A stretch of 64,000 nucleotides of DNA, taken from assembly GCF_002113885.1 (NCBI RefSeq), contig NW_018404058.1:726860-790859 (forward strand), read 5' to 3'. Of this stretch, positions 1-11,149 are shown one piece after another. Position 1 is the first letter of the stretch. Every line of letters starts with the position of its first letter. The notes under the pieces are model-generated. The model saw nothing but the letters and a program-made list of their open reading frames with translations, made no database searches and was not told the DNA's origin. The position numbers and the translations under genes are program-made. The DNA is from Mizuhopecten yessoensis (Eukaryota).

Positions 1-1965
1 TGTGACAAGCCCCTAGTTAACCTCTCACTCAGTGTGAGTCACTGTAAGGATTTAGTGTTTCAAGCCCCTAGTTAACCCATGAAAGTACCTTCCTTAGTGT
101 GAGTCACTGTAAAGATTTCTTGTGACAAGCCCCTAGTTAACCTCTGACAGTACCTACCTTAGTGTGAATCACTGTAAAGATGTCGTGTGACAAGCCCCTA
201 GTTAACCTCTGACAGTACCTGCCTTAGTGTGAGTCACTGTAAAGTTTTCGTGTGACAAGCCCCTATTTAACCTCTGACAGTACCTACCTAAGTGTGAGTT
301 ACTGTAAAGATTTCGTGTGACAAATCCCTAGTTAACCTCTGACTTAGTATGAGTCACTGTGAAGATTTAGTGTGACAAGCCCCTAATTGACTGCTGACTT
401 AGTGTGAGTCACTGTTAGGTTTTAGTGTGACAAGCCCCTAGTTAACCTCTGACAGTACCTACCTAAGTGTGAGTCACTGTAAAGATTTAGTGTGACAAGC
501 CCTTAGTTAACCTCTGACAGTACCTGCCTTAGTGTGAGTCACTGTAAAGATTCCGTGTGACAAATCCCTAGTTAACCTCTGACTTAGTATGAGTCACTGT
601 GAAGATTTAGTGTGACAAGCCCCTAGTTGACTGCTGACTTAGTGTGAGTCACTGTAAGGTTTAAGTGTGACAAGCCCCTAGTTAACCTCTGACAGTACCT
701 ACCTAAGTGTGAGTCACTGTAAAGATTTAGTGTGACAAGCCCTTAGTTAACCTCTGACAGTACCTACCTAAGTGTGAGTCACTGTTAGGTTTTAGTGTGA
801 CAAGCCCCTAGTTAACCTCTGTCAGTACCTGCCTTAGTGTGAGTCACTGTAAAGATTTCGTGTGACAAGCCCCTAGTTAACCTCTGTCAGTACCTGCCTT
901 AGTGTGAGTCACTGTAAAGATTTAGTGTGACAAGCCCCTAGTTGACCTCTGACAGTACCTGACTTAGTGTGAGTCACTGTAAAGATTTAGTGTGACAAGC
1001 CCCTAGTTAACCTCTGACTTAGTGTGAGTCACTGTAAAGATTTAGTGTGACAAGCCCCTAGTTAACCTCTGACTTAGTGTGAGTCACTGTAAAGATTTAG
1101 TGTGACAAGCCCCTAGTTAACCTCTGACTTAGTGTGAGTCACTGTAAAGATTTAGTGTGACAAGCCCCTAGTTAACCTCTGACTTAGTGTGAGTCACTGT
1201 AAAGATTTAGTGTGACAAGCCCCTAGTTAACCTCTGACTTAGTGTGAGTCACTGTAAAGATTTAGTGTGACAAGCCCCTAGTTAACCTCTGACTTAGTGT
1301 GAGTCACTGTAAAGATTTAGTGTGACAAGCCCCTAGTTAACCTCTGACTTAGTGTGAGTCACTGTAAAGATTTAGTGTGACAAGCCCCTAGTTAACCTCT
1401 GACTTAGTGTGAGTCACTGTAAAGATTTAGTGTGACAAGCCCCTAGTTAACCTCTGACTTTGTGTGAGTCACTGTAATGATTTAATGTGACAAGCCCCTA
1501 GTTAACCTCTGACTTAGTGTGAGTCACTGTAAAGCTTTCGTGTGACAAGCCCCTAGTTAACCTCTGACTTAGTGTGAGTCACTTTAAAGATTTAGTGTGA
1601 CAAGCCCCTAGTTAACCTCTGACTTAGTGTCAGTCACTGTAAATATTTAGTGTGACAAGCCCCTAGTTAACCTCTGACTTAGAGTGAGTCACTGTAAAGA
1701 TAAAGTGTGACAAGCCCCTAGTTAACCTCTGACTTAGTGTGAGTCATTGTAAAGATTTAGTGTGACAAGCGCCTAGTTAACCTCTGACTTACAGTGAGTC
1801 ACTGTAAAGATAAAGTGTGACAAGCCCCTAGTTAACCTCTGACTTAGAGTGAGTCACTGTAAAGATAAAGTGTGACAAGCCCATAGCTGACCTCTGACTT
1901 AGTGTGACACGCCCCTAGTTAACCTCTGACTTAGTGTGACACACCCCTAGCTGACCTCTGACAGT
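1..1965. repeat. Minisatellite, 55-bp unit (65-bp variant with a 10-bp insert), in a RECQL4 intron; runs off the left edge
   Basis: Unit gtgtgacaagcccctagttaacctctgacttagtgtgagtcactgtaaagattta, period 55 (e.g. 1021/1076/1131); ends about 20 bp from the minus-strand donor at 1984. Confidence 0.95.
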
Positions 1966-1984
1966 ACATCATGTCACCCCTTAC

Positions 1985-2025
1985 CTTCACCTCCTTCCGT
2001 AGCTTACTGTACTGGGAATAGGCAA
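1985..2025 (-). CDS. RECQL4: RECQL4 coding exon 3 (41 nt; VAYSQYSKLRKEVK); gene continues off the left edge
   Basis: Minus-strand ttttttag acceptor and AAG|gtaagg donor; phase 1 to 0, in frame with the previous exon; resembles human RALYREYRTLKR. Confidence 0.85.
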
Positions 2026-2328
2026 CTAAAAAAATACAAATGACATTCATATGATTTTGTACTTTGACTCAATAATGATTAATTTAATGTTTCCAATTAA
2101 TAATTGACAAAGCTATATCAACCATGACTGGTCCTATCAGTAAGTGTGAGTAAGAAAAAGTTCATCTTTATAACGATTACTCTACATAGAATTGAATAAA
2201 AACAAATTGGAGATGACTTTCCGGAAGTAATCCAATTATCGTTTATTTTTTTATTTTCTTTATGTTCAGTTCTGGAGTAACTCTTTCCTTTTTTCCATGT
2301 ACTATAAATTATCGTGTCAAATAATAAC

Positions 2329-2362
2329 CTTTGATGTCGTCTGGTGCCTCTTCAATGTCTTC
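2329..2362 (-). CDS. RECQL4: RECQL4 coding exon 2 (34 nt; EDIEEAPDDIK)
   Basis: tttttcag acceptor and AAG|gttatt donor; resembles human DDVEAAPEET; same 34-nt size as human exon 2 (recalled). Confidence 0.85.
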
Positions 2363-2864
2363 CTGAAAAAATTAATCAACAAAACTTTTAACTTCTGTTT
2401 TCAAATGATCATATTTAGGGTACAAGCATAATGAAGTATCCAATTTCCCCACATATTGTTCATATATCATCAAAATACGTTCAGCAATTCAAAACTTATT
2501 ATAGAATAGTGTAACATTGACTTTTAATCCATAGCTGTGACCTTGGCCTTGATTGTATACACCCAGGAGTTCCACATAACCAACTGTACGGTACCAAATT
2601 AATATAATTTTTCTCCACCTTGAAGGTAAGAAAGAAAAATCTCAACCCGAGTGGAAAGATTCTTAAATGTCTAGCCAGAGGGCCAACCATTTTTTAATCT
2701 TAATTACCATGCGGGTTGAGATTTTCTGTCTCGCTTCCAATGTCAGGAATGATTATTTTCTCCCACCTGAATCACAAGTGGTAAATGCATGGAACACAAG
2801 AGTTGATTTACAGTTTTAACAACAAATATAATGACTTATCTTCCATGATTTGTTATTATTGATG

Positions 2865-4970
2865 CAACTTCAATGTATTGTTGATGTGACGTCAATGTAT
2901 TGTTGATGTGACGTCAATGTATTGTTACTGTGACGTCAATGTACTGTTGATGTGACGTCAATGTAATGTTGATGTGACGTCAATGTATTGTTTTGTTGAT
3001 GTGACGTCAATGAATTGTTGATGTGACGTCAATGTAATGTTGATGTGACGTCAATGTAATGTTGATGTGATGTCAATGTAGTGTTGATGTGACGTCAATG
3101 TAGTGTTGATGTGACGTCAAGGTAGTGTTGATGTGACGTCAATGTATTGTTGATGTGACGTCAATGTATTGTTGATGTGACGTCAATGAATTTTGATGTG
3201 ACGTCAATGTATTGTTGATTAAACTTAAATAAATTGTTGATGTGACGTCAATGTATTGTTTTGTTGATGTGACGTCATTGTATTGTTTATGTGACGTCGA
3301 TGAATTGTTGATGTGATTCAATGTATTGTTGATGTGATGTCAATGTATTGTTGATGTGACGTCGATGTATTGTTGATGTGACCTCAATGTATTGTTGATG
3401 TGACGTCAATGTATTGTTGATGTGACGTCAATGTGATGTTGATGTGACGTCAATGTGATGTTGATGTGACGTCAATGTATTGTTGATGTGACGTCAATGT
3501 ATTGTTGATGTGACGTCAATGTATTGTTGATGTGACGTCAATGTATTGTTGATGTGACGTCAATGTATTGTTGATGTGACGTCAATGTATTGTTGATGTG
3601 ACGTCAATGTATTGTTGATGTGACGTCAATGTATTGTTGATGTGACGTCAATGTATTGTTGATGTGACGTCAATGTATTGTTGATGTGACGTCAATGTAT
3701 TGTTGATGTGACGTCAATGTATTGTTGATGTGACGTCAATGTATTGTTGATGTGACGTCAATGTATTGTTGATGTGACGTCAATGTATTGTTGATGTGAC
3801 GTCAATGTATTGTTGATGTGACGTCAATGTATTGTTGATGTGACGTCAATGTATTGTTGATGTGACGTCAATGTATTGTTGATGTGACGTCAATGTATTG
3901 TTGATGTGACGTCAATGTATTGTTGATGTGACGTCAATGTATTGTTGATGTGACGTCAATGTATTGTTGATGTGACGTCAATGCATTGTTGATGTGATGT
4001 CAATTTATTGTTTTGTTGATGTGACGTCATTGTATTGTTTATGTGACGTCGATGAATTGTTGATGTGATTCAATGCATTGTTTATGTGACGTCAATGTAT
4101 TGTTGATGTGACGTCGATGAATTGTTGATGTGACGTGAATGTATTGGTGATGTGACGTCAATGTATTGGTGATGTGACGTGAATGTATTGTTGATGCGAC
4201 GTCGATGTATTGTTGATGTAATGTCAATGTATTGTTGATGTGACGTCAATGCATTGTTAATGAGACGTCAATGCATTGTTGATGTGACGTCAATGTATTG
4301 TTGATGTGACGTCGATGTATTGTTGATGTGATGTCAATGCATTGTTGATGTGACGTCAATGTATTGTTGATATGACGTCAATGTATTGTTGATGTGACGT
4401 CAATGTATTGTTATGTGATGTCAATGTGTTGTTGATGTGACATCAATGTAATGTTGATGTGACGTCAATGCATTGTTGATGTGACGTCAATGTTTTGTTG
4501 ATGTGACGTCAATGTATTGTTGATGTGATGTCAATGTATTGTTGATGTGACGTCAATGTATTGTTGATGTGATGTCAATGAATTGTTGATGTGACGTCTG
4601 TTTTGTTTTGTTGATGTGACGTCAATGTATTGTTGATGTGATGTCAATGTATTGTTGTTGTGACGTCAATGTATTGTTTTGTTGATGTGATGTCAATGTA
4701 TTGTTGATGTGATGTCAATGTACTGTTGATGTGATGTCAATGTATTGTTGATGTGACGTCAATGCATTGTTGATGTGACGTCTATGTATTGTTTTGTTGA
4801 TGTGATGTCAATGTATTGTTGATGTGACATCAATGCATTGTTGATGTGACGTCAATGTATTGTTGATGTGACGTCAATGTATTGTTACTGTGACATCAAT
4901 GTAGTGTTGATGTGACGTCAATGTATTGTTGATGTGATGTCAATGTATTGTTGATGTGATGTCAATGTGT
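2865..4970. repeat. Minisatellite, 22-bp unit (~95 copies) containing the TGACGTCA palindrome
   Basis: Unit aatgtattgttgatgtgacgtc; homogeneous core at about 3480-3980 with degenerate edges. Confidence 0.95.
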
Positions 4971-5093
4971 TTTTGTTCCATTTGGCTTTAATTCATCTAA
5001 TTGAATCAGGATTTATAGTTGACCACAACAGTTGAAGAACAATCGTCAAAAACATATGTAAACAAAAGTTTTAATCAAACCCATGACAGTTAC

Positions 5094-5177
5094 CTGCTTT
5101 GGTTTTCGACTATGATCTTTGCAGAATTGGGTTTCCCAATGCTTCAGGGTTTTCTTTAGACTAGATATTGTATCCAT
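5094..5177 (-). CDS. RECQL4: RECQL4 first coding exon (84 coding nt; MDTISSLKKTLKHWETQFCKDHSRKPKQ), Sld2/Drc1-like N-terminal domain
   Basis: Aligns by eye to human [28 protein letters not shown] (L-x-x-W-E-x-x-F...R-x-P); acceptor tttttcag 2 nt before the ATG; donor CAG|gtaact. Confidence 0.88.
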
Positions 5178-6129
5178 GTCTGAAAAATTGATATGACAAT
5201 TTGTATTCCCTCATCTGTCGGCAATAAATATAACACAGTAACACCTAGGTCACCACGCAGATCAATCAACAGTGTCCATTTCCCTGGGGCACGGGTAATG
5301 ATAAAAAAACGTTTCACACTGAAAACCGTACACAATTATTAATAAATATGTCTATGGTTGTCAATACCAGACAAATTATTCTATAGAGTATCCCCGAACA
5401 TCACGATTGTTGACAGATCTTTAATGTCTAATAAATATTTTTTGTCTTCATATAGCCCTAAGTAACGAAGACACACGGCAGAATTGGCATACTTTTGTTA
5501 AATGTAGACAGATTATCAATTTGTGGAAATAAGTTTCCTGTCTGGTGGTTGACCTCTGATCATGACACATGACCCCCTAAACACTGCTGACTTTTTGTCT
5601 TGTTGTCTTATAATTTACAGCAAATGAATAATTTGCACTGTAATATAATTTATGAAATTGTGTATCAGCTGGCAACTGATGAAAAGTTATAATGAGTGGA
5701 AAGTTATCAAAGCTCAGACAAGATTGATTTCATTCAATGAATTTATATACCACTTGTTGAGAATCCGTTTTGATTAGAAATGAGTTCCATGAGATATCTT
5801 GTACAGATAAGAACACAGGGAGGCACACACAGATGGACCACTGATGAAGTGGTTACCTCACACTCCCTCACTAAGTGTAGGGGGGGGGGGGGGGGGGGGG
5901 GGGCTATAACTATCATATCAGCTGTTTTGCGAACATTAATTTGATGCTTGTGTGTTGTGGTTTTTTTTACAATAACTAAGCTGTATGGGTTTTTTTGTAC
6001 AATAACTAACCTATGTGCTTTTTTTCTTTTTTTTTCTATAATGACAAGAGGCATCTTCCTGAAGGTATTTTGTAAACTACTCTTACACATGTACATGTAT
6101 CTACTAACACAACCTGTTGAGAACGACAA

Positions 6130-6869
6130 CATATATAGATGTCCCAATGCTGACAGAACACATATATAGATGTCCCAATGCTGACAGAACACATATATAG
6201 ATGTCCCAATGCTGACAGAACACATATATAGATGTCCCAATGCTGACAGAACACATATATAGATGTCCCAATGCTGACAGAACACATATATAGATGTCCC
6301 AATGCTGACAGAACACATATATAGATGTCCCAATGCTGACAGAACACATATATAGATGTCCCAATGCTGACAGAACACATATATAGATGTCCCAATGCTG
6401 ACAGAACACATATATAGATGTCCCAATGCTGACAGAACACATATATAGATGTCCCAATGCTGACAGAACACATATATAGATGTCCCAATGCTGACAGAAC
6501 ACATATATAGATGTCCCAATGCTGACAGAACACATATATAGATGTCCCAATGCTGACAGAACACATATATAGATGTCCCAATGCTGACAGAACACATATA
6601 TAGATGTCCCAATGCTGACAGAACACATATATAGATGTCCCAATGCTGACAGAACACATATATAGATGTCCCAATGCTGACAGAACACATATATAGATGT
6701 CCCAATGCTGACAGAACACATATATAGATGTCCCAATGCTGACAGAACACATATATAGATGTCCCAATGCTGACAGAACACATATATAGATGTCCCAATG
6801 CTGACAGAACACATATATAGATGTCCCAATGCTGACAGAACACATATATAGATGTCCCAATGCTGACAG
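6130..6869. repeat. Minisatellite, 31-bp unit (~24 near-identical copies)
   Basis: Unit acatatatagatgtcccaatgctgacagaac. Confidence 0.95.
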
Positions 6870-7489
6870 TTAAACCTGTGCCTTTACCAGCACTTGTGCT
6901 CTACAGTGCATGGCTGACCTAGGGTGGTCAGACATACCTAACATCTTATGGCCAACCAGGACAGGTCATTTTTACTATATCAAACTCTATACTTGACACT
7001 TTGAATCAATACATGATACTGGCATCCTCCAGTGTGTGGTAATTAATGATTTTCAGGTTGATTTCTATCTATAAGAAAACCAGATAGCCGCTTTTGATTT
7101 CTTTTGATTGGTTACATTGTTGCGGAGGTGGTCTTTAGGTTGTGTTAAATGTGAACATGTGTAGCTATGCCAAGTTTAATGTTATTGGAGAGGACCACAC
7201 ATGATCTGGGGTACAAAAACAACCTCCTCAGTTTCACCGACTTTTAAGTTTGTTTTACAAAGATTGAAACCATTAAGTGCAGACAGATAGACTGGAACAT
7301 TCCTGATATCAAAGTGAGGATCACATACTCCAGAGTATGATACAATCAACATGATAACCGTTATAACAGACTAGCTAGATCATAATGAACTATCCCCTTT
7401 GTTAACACAGCAGTAATGGAGAAATATAGAATTACTATTTTATTACTATTGAATTTCAAAGCAACCGAAATATCCTGTTCAACATTTAT

Positions 7490-7715
7490 TCCAGTTTTGA
7501 CATCATACTTGGTCTCGTGTTCAACTTTCATTCCAGTTTTGACATCAGTCTTGGTTTCGGTGTCCAGATTTGATATCAGACTTGGTTTCTGTGTCCAGTT
7601 TTGACATCAGACTTGATTTCTGTGTTCAACATTTATGTCCAGTTTTGACATCAGACTTGGTTTTTCTGTCCAGTTTTGACATCAGACTTGGTTTCTCTGT
7701 TCAGTTTTAACATCA
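7490..7715. repeat. Short degenerate tandem repeat, ~31-bp unit (~6 copies)
   Basis: ccagttttgacatcagacttggtttctgtgt variants. Confidence 0.8.
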
Positions 7716-8119
7716 TCTATATGGATCGATACTCTCTCTTCACTGCTGTCCATACATGTGTCAGGGGAGGCAACTCAATTTAGGATCTATTTCCTACCGG
7801 TACTTTGTTATTTGCTAACCTGCACTACATTAAAAATTGGTTAGGCCAAAACAAACAGAAACACTTGTGCTTCCGCTATCATCCTCAGAAAAGATATGGT
7901 AGGTATATACAGTAGGTAGGTATTTTATTTTATTTTATGTATGGTTTTGAGAAGTAGGTCAGAGGAAACTATTTGCTTCCTGAAAATGCATCAACTTAGC
8001 TAACTAGTCAACATAAGTGTTTTGGCCAAACTCTGCTACAGTAATAACCTAAATAAAGGGAAGCTATGTTACTGTACATACAAAATCCATAATGTAGTGA
8101 GACAGGGATCTTTAGAGGA

Positions 8120-10732
8120 GTCCAATGTTAGGGCACAGTGGGCCTGTGTCCCAACGTTAGGGCACAGTGGGCCTGTGTTCCAATGTTAGGACACAGTGCG
8201 CCTGTGTTCCAATGTTAGGGCACAGTGGGCCTGCGTTCCAATGTTAGGGCACAGTGGGCCTGTGTCCCAACGTTAGGGCACAGTGGGCCTGTGTCCCAAC
8301 GTTAGGGCACAGTGGGCCTGTGTTCCAATGTTAGGGCCCAGTGGGCCTGTGATCCAACGTTAGGGCACAGTGGGCCTGTGTTCCAACGTTAGGGCACAGT
8401 GGGCCTGTGATCCAATGTTAGGGCCCAGTGGGCCTGTGTTCCAACGTTAGGCCACAGCGGGCCTGTGTCCAAACGTTAGGGCACAGTGGGCCTGTGTCCT
8501 AACATTAGGGCACAGTGGGCCTGTGTTCCAATGTAAGGGCACAGTGGGCCTGTGATCCAACGTAAGGGCACAGTGGGCCTGTGTTCCAATGTTAGGGCAC
8601 AGTGGGCCTGTGTTCCAACGTTAGGGCACAGTGGGCCTGTGTTCCAACGTTAGGGCACAGTGGGCCTGTGTTCCAACGTTAGGGCACAGTGGGCCTGTGT
8701 TCCAACGTTAGGGCACAGTGGGCCTGTGTTCCAACGTTAGGGCACAGTGGGCCTGTGTTCCAACGTTAGGGCACAGTGGGCCTGTGTTCCAACGTTAGGG
8801 CACAGTGGGCCTGTGTTCCAACGTTAGGGCACAGTGGGCCTGTGTTCCAACGTTAGGGCACAGTGGGCCTGTGTTCCAACGTTAGGGCACAGTGGGCCTG
8901 TGTTCCAACGTTAGGGCACAGTGGGCCTGTGTTCCAACGTTAGGGCACAGTGGGCCTGTGTTCCAACGTTAGGGCACAGTGGGCCTGTGTTCCAACGTTA
9001 GGGCACAGTGGGCCTGTGTTCCAACGTTAGGGCACAGTGGGCCTGTGTTCCAACGTTAGGGCACAGTGGGCCTGTGTTCCAACGTTAGGGCACAGTGGGC
9101 CTGTGTTCCAACGTTAGGGCACAGTGGGCCTGTGTTCCAACGTTAGGGCACAGTGGGCCTGTGTTCCAACGTTAGGGCACAGTGGGCCTGTGTTCCAACG
9201 TTAGGGCACAGTGGGCCTGTGTTCCAACGTTAGGGCACAGTGGGCCTGTGTTCCAACGTTAGGGCACAGTGGGCCTGTGTTCCAACGTTAGGGCACAGTG
9301 GGCCTGTGTTCCAACGTTAGGGCACAGTGGGCCTGTGTTCCAACGTTAGGGCACAGTGGGCCTGTGTTCCAACGTTAGGGCACAGTGGGCCTGTGTTCCA
9401 ACGTTAGGGCACAGTGGGCCTGTGTTCCAACGTTAGGGCACAGTGGGCCTGTGTTCCAACGTTAGGGCACAGTGGGCCTGTGTTCCAACGTTAGGGCACA
9501 GTGGGCCTGTGTTCCAACGTTAGGGCACAGTGGGCCTGTGTTCCAACGTTAGGGCACAGTGGGCCTGTGTTCCAACGTTAGGGCACAGTGGGCCTGTGTT
9601 CCAACGTTAGGGCACAGTGGGCCTGTGTTCCAACGTTAGGGCACAGTGGGCCTGTGTTCCAACGTTAGGGCACAGTGGGCCTGTGTTCCAACGTTAGGGC
9701 ACAGTGGGCCTGTGTTCCAACGTTAGGGCACAGTGGGCCTGTGTTCCAACGTTAGGGCACAGTGGGCCTGTGTTCCAACGTTAGGGCACAGTGGGCCTGT
9801 GTTCCAACGTTAGGGCACAGTGGGCCTGTGTTCCAACGTTAGGGCACAGTGGGCCTGTGTTCCAACGTTAGGGCACAGTGGGCCTGTGTTCCAACGTTAG
9901 GGCACAGTGGGCCTGTGTTCCAACGTTAGGGCACAGTGGGCCTGTGTTCCAACGTTAGGGCACAGTGGGCCTGTGTTCCAACGTTAGGGCACAGTGGGCC
10001 TGTGTTCCAACGTTAGGGCACAGTGGGCCTGTGTTCCAACGTTAGGGCACAGTGGGCCTGTGTTCCAACGTTAGGGCACAGTGGGCCTGTGTTCCAACGT
10101 TAGGGCACAGTGGGCCTGTGTTCCAACGTTAGGGCACAGTGGGCCTGTGTTCCAACGTTAGGGCACAGTGGGCCTGTGTTCCAACGTTAGGGCACAGTGG
10201 GCCTGTGTTCCAACGTTAGGGCACAGTGGGCCTGTGTTCCAACGTTAGGGCACAGTGGGCCTGTGTTCCAACGTTAGGGCACAGTGGGCCTGTGTTCCAA
10301 CGTTAGGGCACAGTGGGCCTGTGTTCCAACGTTAGGGCACAGTGGGCCTGTGTTCAAATGTTAGGGCACAGTGGGCCTGTGTTCCAACGTTAGGGCACAG
10401 TGGGCCTGTGTTCCAACGTTAGGGCACAGTGGGCCTGTGTCCCAACGTTAGGGCACAGTGGGCCTGTGTTCCAACGTTAGGGCACAGTGGGCCTGTGTTC
10501 CAATGTTAGGGCACAGTGGGCCTGTGTTCCAATGTTAGGGCACAGCGGGCCTGTGTTCCAATGTTAGGGCACAGCGGGCCTGTGATCCAACGTTAGGGCA
10601 CAGTGGGCCTGTGATCCAACGTTAGGGCACAGTGGGCCTGTGTTCCAATGTTAGGGCACAGTGGCCTGTGTTCCAATGTTAGGGCACAGTGGGCCTGTGT
10701 TCCAATGTTAGGGCACAGTGGGCTTGTGTTCC
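8120..10732. repeat. Minisatellite, 29-bp unit (~90 copies) containing TTAGGG
   Basis: Unit gttccaacgttagggcacagtgggcctgt, period 29. Confidence 0.95.
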
Positions 10733-11149
10733 TTTCAATATACACAAGTAGTCCCTACAAAATCCTTGTTACCCTTTATTTCCTATTGAACTTGTTAAAT
10801 GTCTCATTTTTTAAATTTGATTTGTATTTAATTGTTCTTTATTATTCATCAAATTCAGTTTTTTCCTGAACAGGGAGATAATACCTTTTTGGGGACTTTT
10901 TATTTTGTGGACAAAATTGTCTTTTGAATTAACCACCGTCTACTGCAGTCCTCGTCAATTTTTCCATTTATTTCTCTGAACTCTTACAATAAATGCGAAT
11001 TTAAAACAATTATTCAAGTATTTCTTATCCAGTTATGTCATATCATCCCATGTTTTCCATCTATGACCTCTTCCTACTACTGTATAACAGCTAAGGAATT
11101 TAAAGGGGAAAAATCTGCCTCACTAGAAAGCTAGCTTTACCAGTGATGT

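Noticed and set aside
5880-5903. Poly-G tract encoding poly-proline
   Set aside because: Simple homopolymer in an intron, with unreliable length; no coding context.
5743-6860. Three overlapping 241-366 aa minus-strand ORFs
   Set aside because: A stop-free 31-bp unit read through all frames gives the same 31-aa periodic peptide; it lies in the presumed RECQL4 5' intron.
8120-10732. Interstitial telomere
   Set aside because: TTAGGG occurs once per 29-bp unit, not as tandem hexamers.
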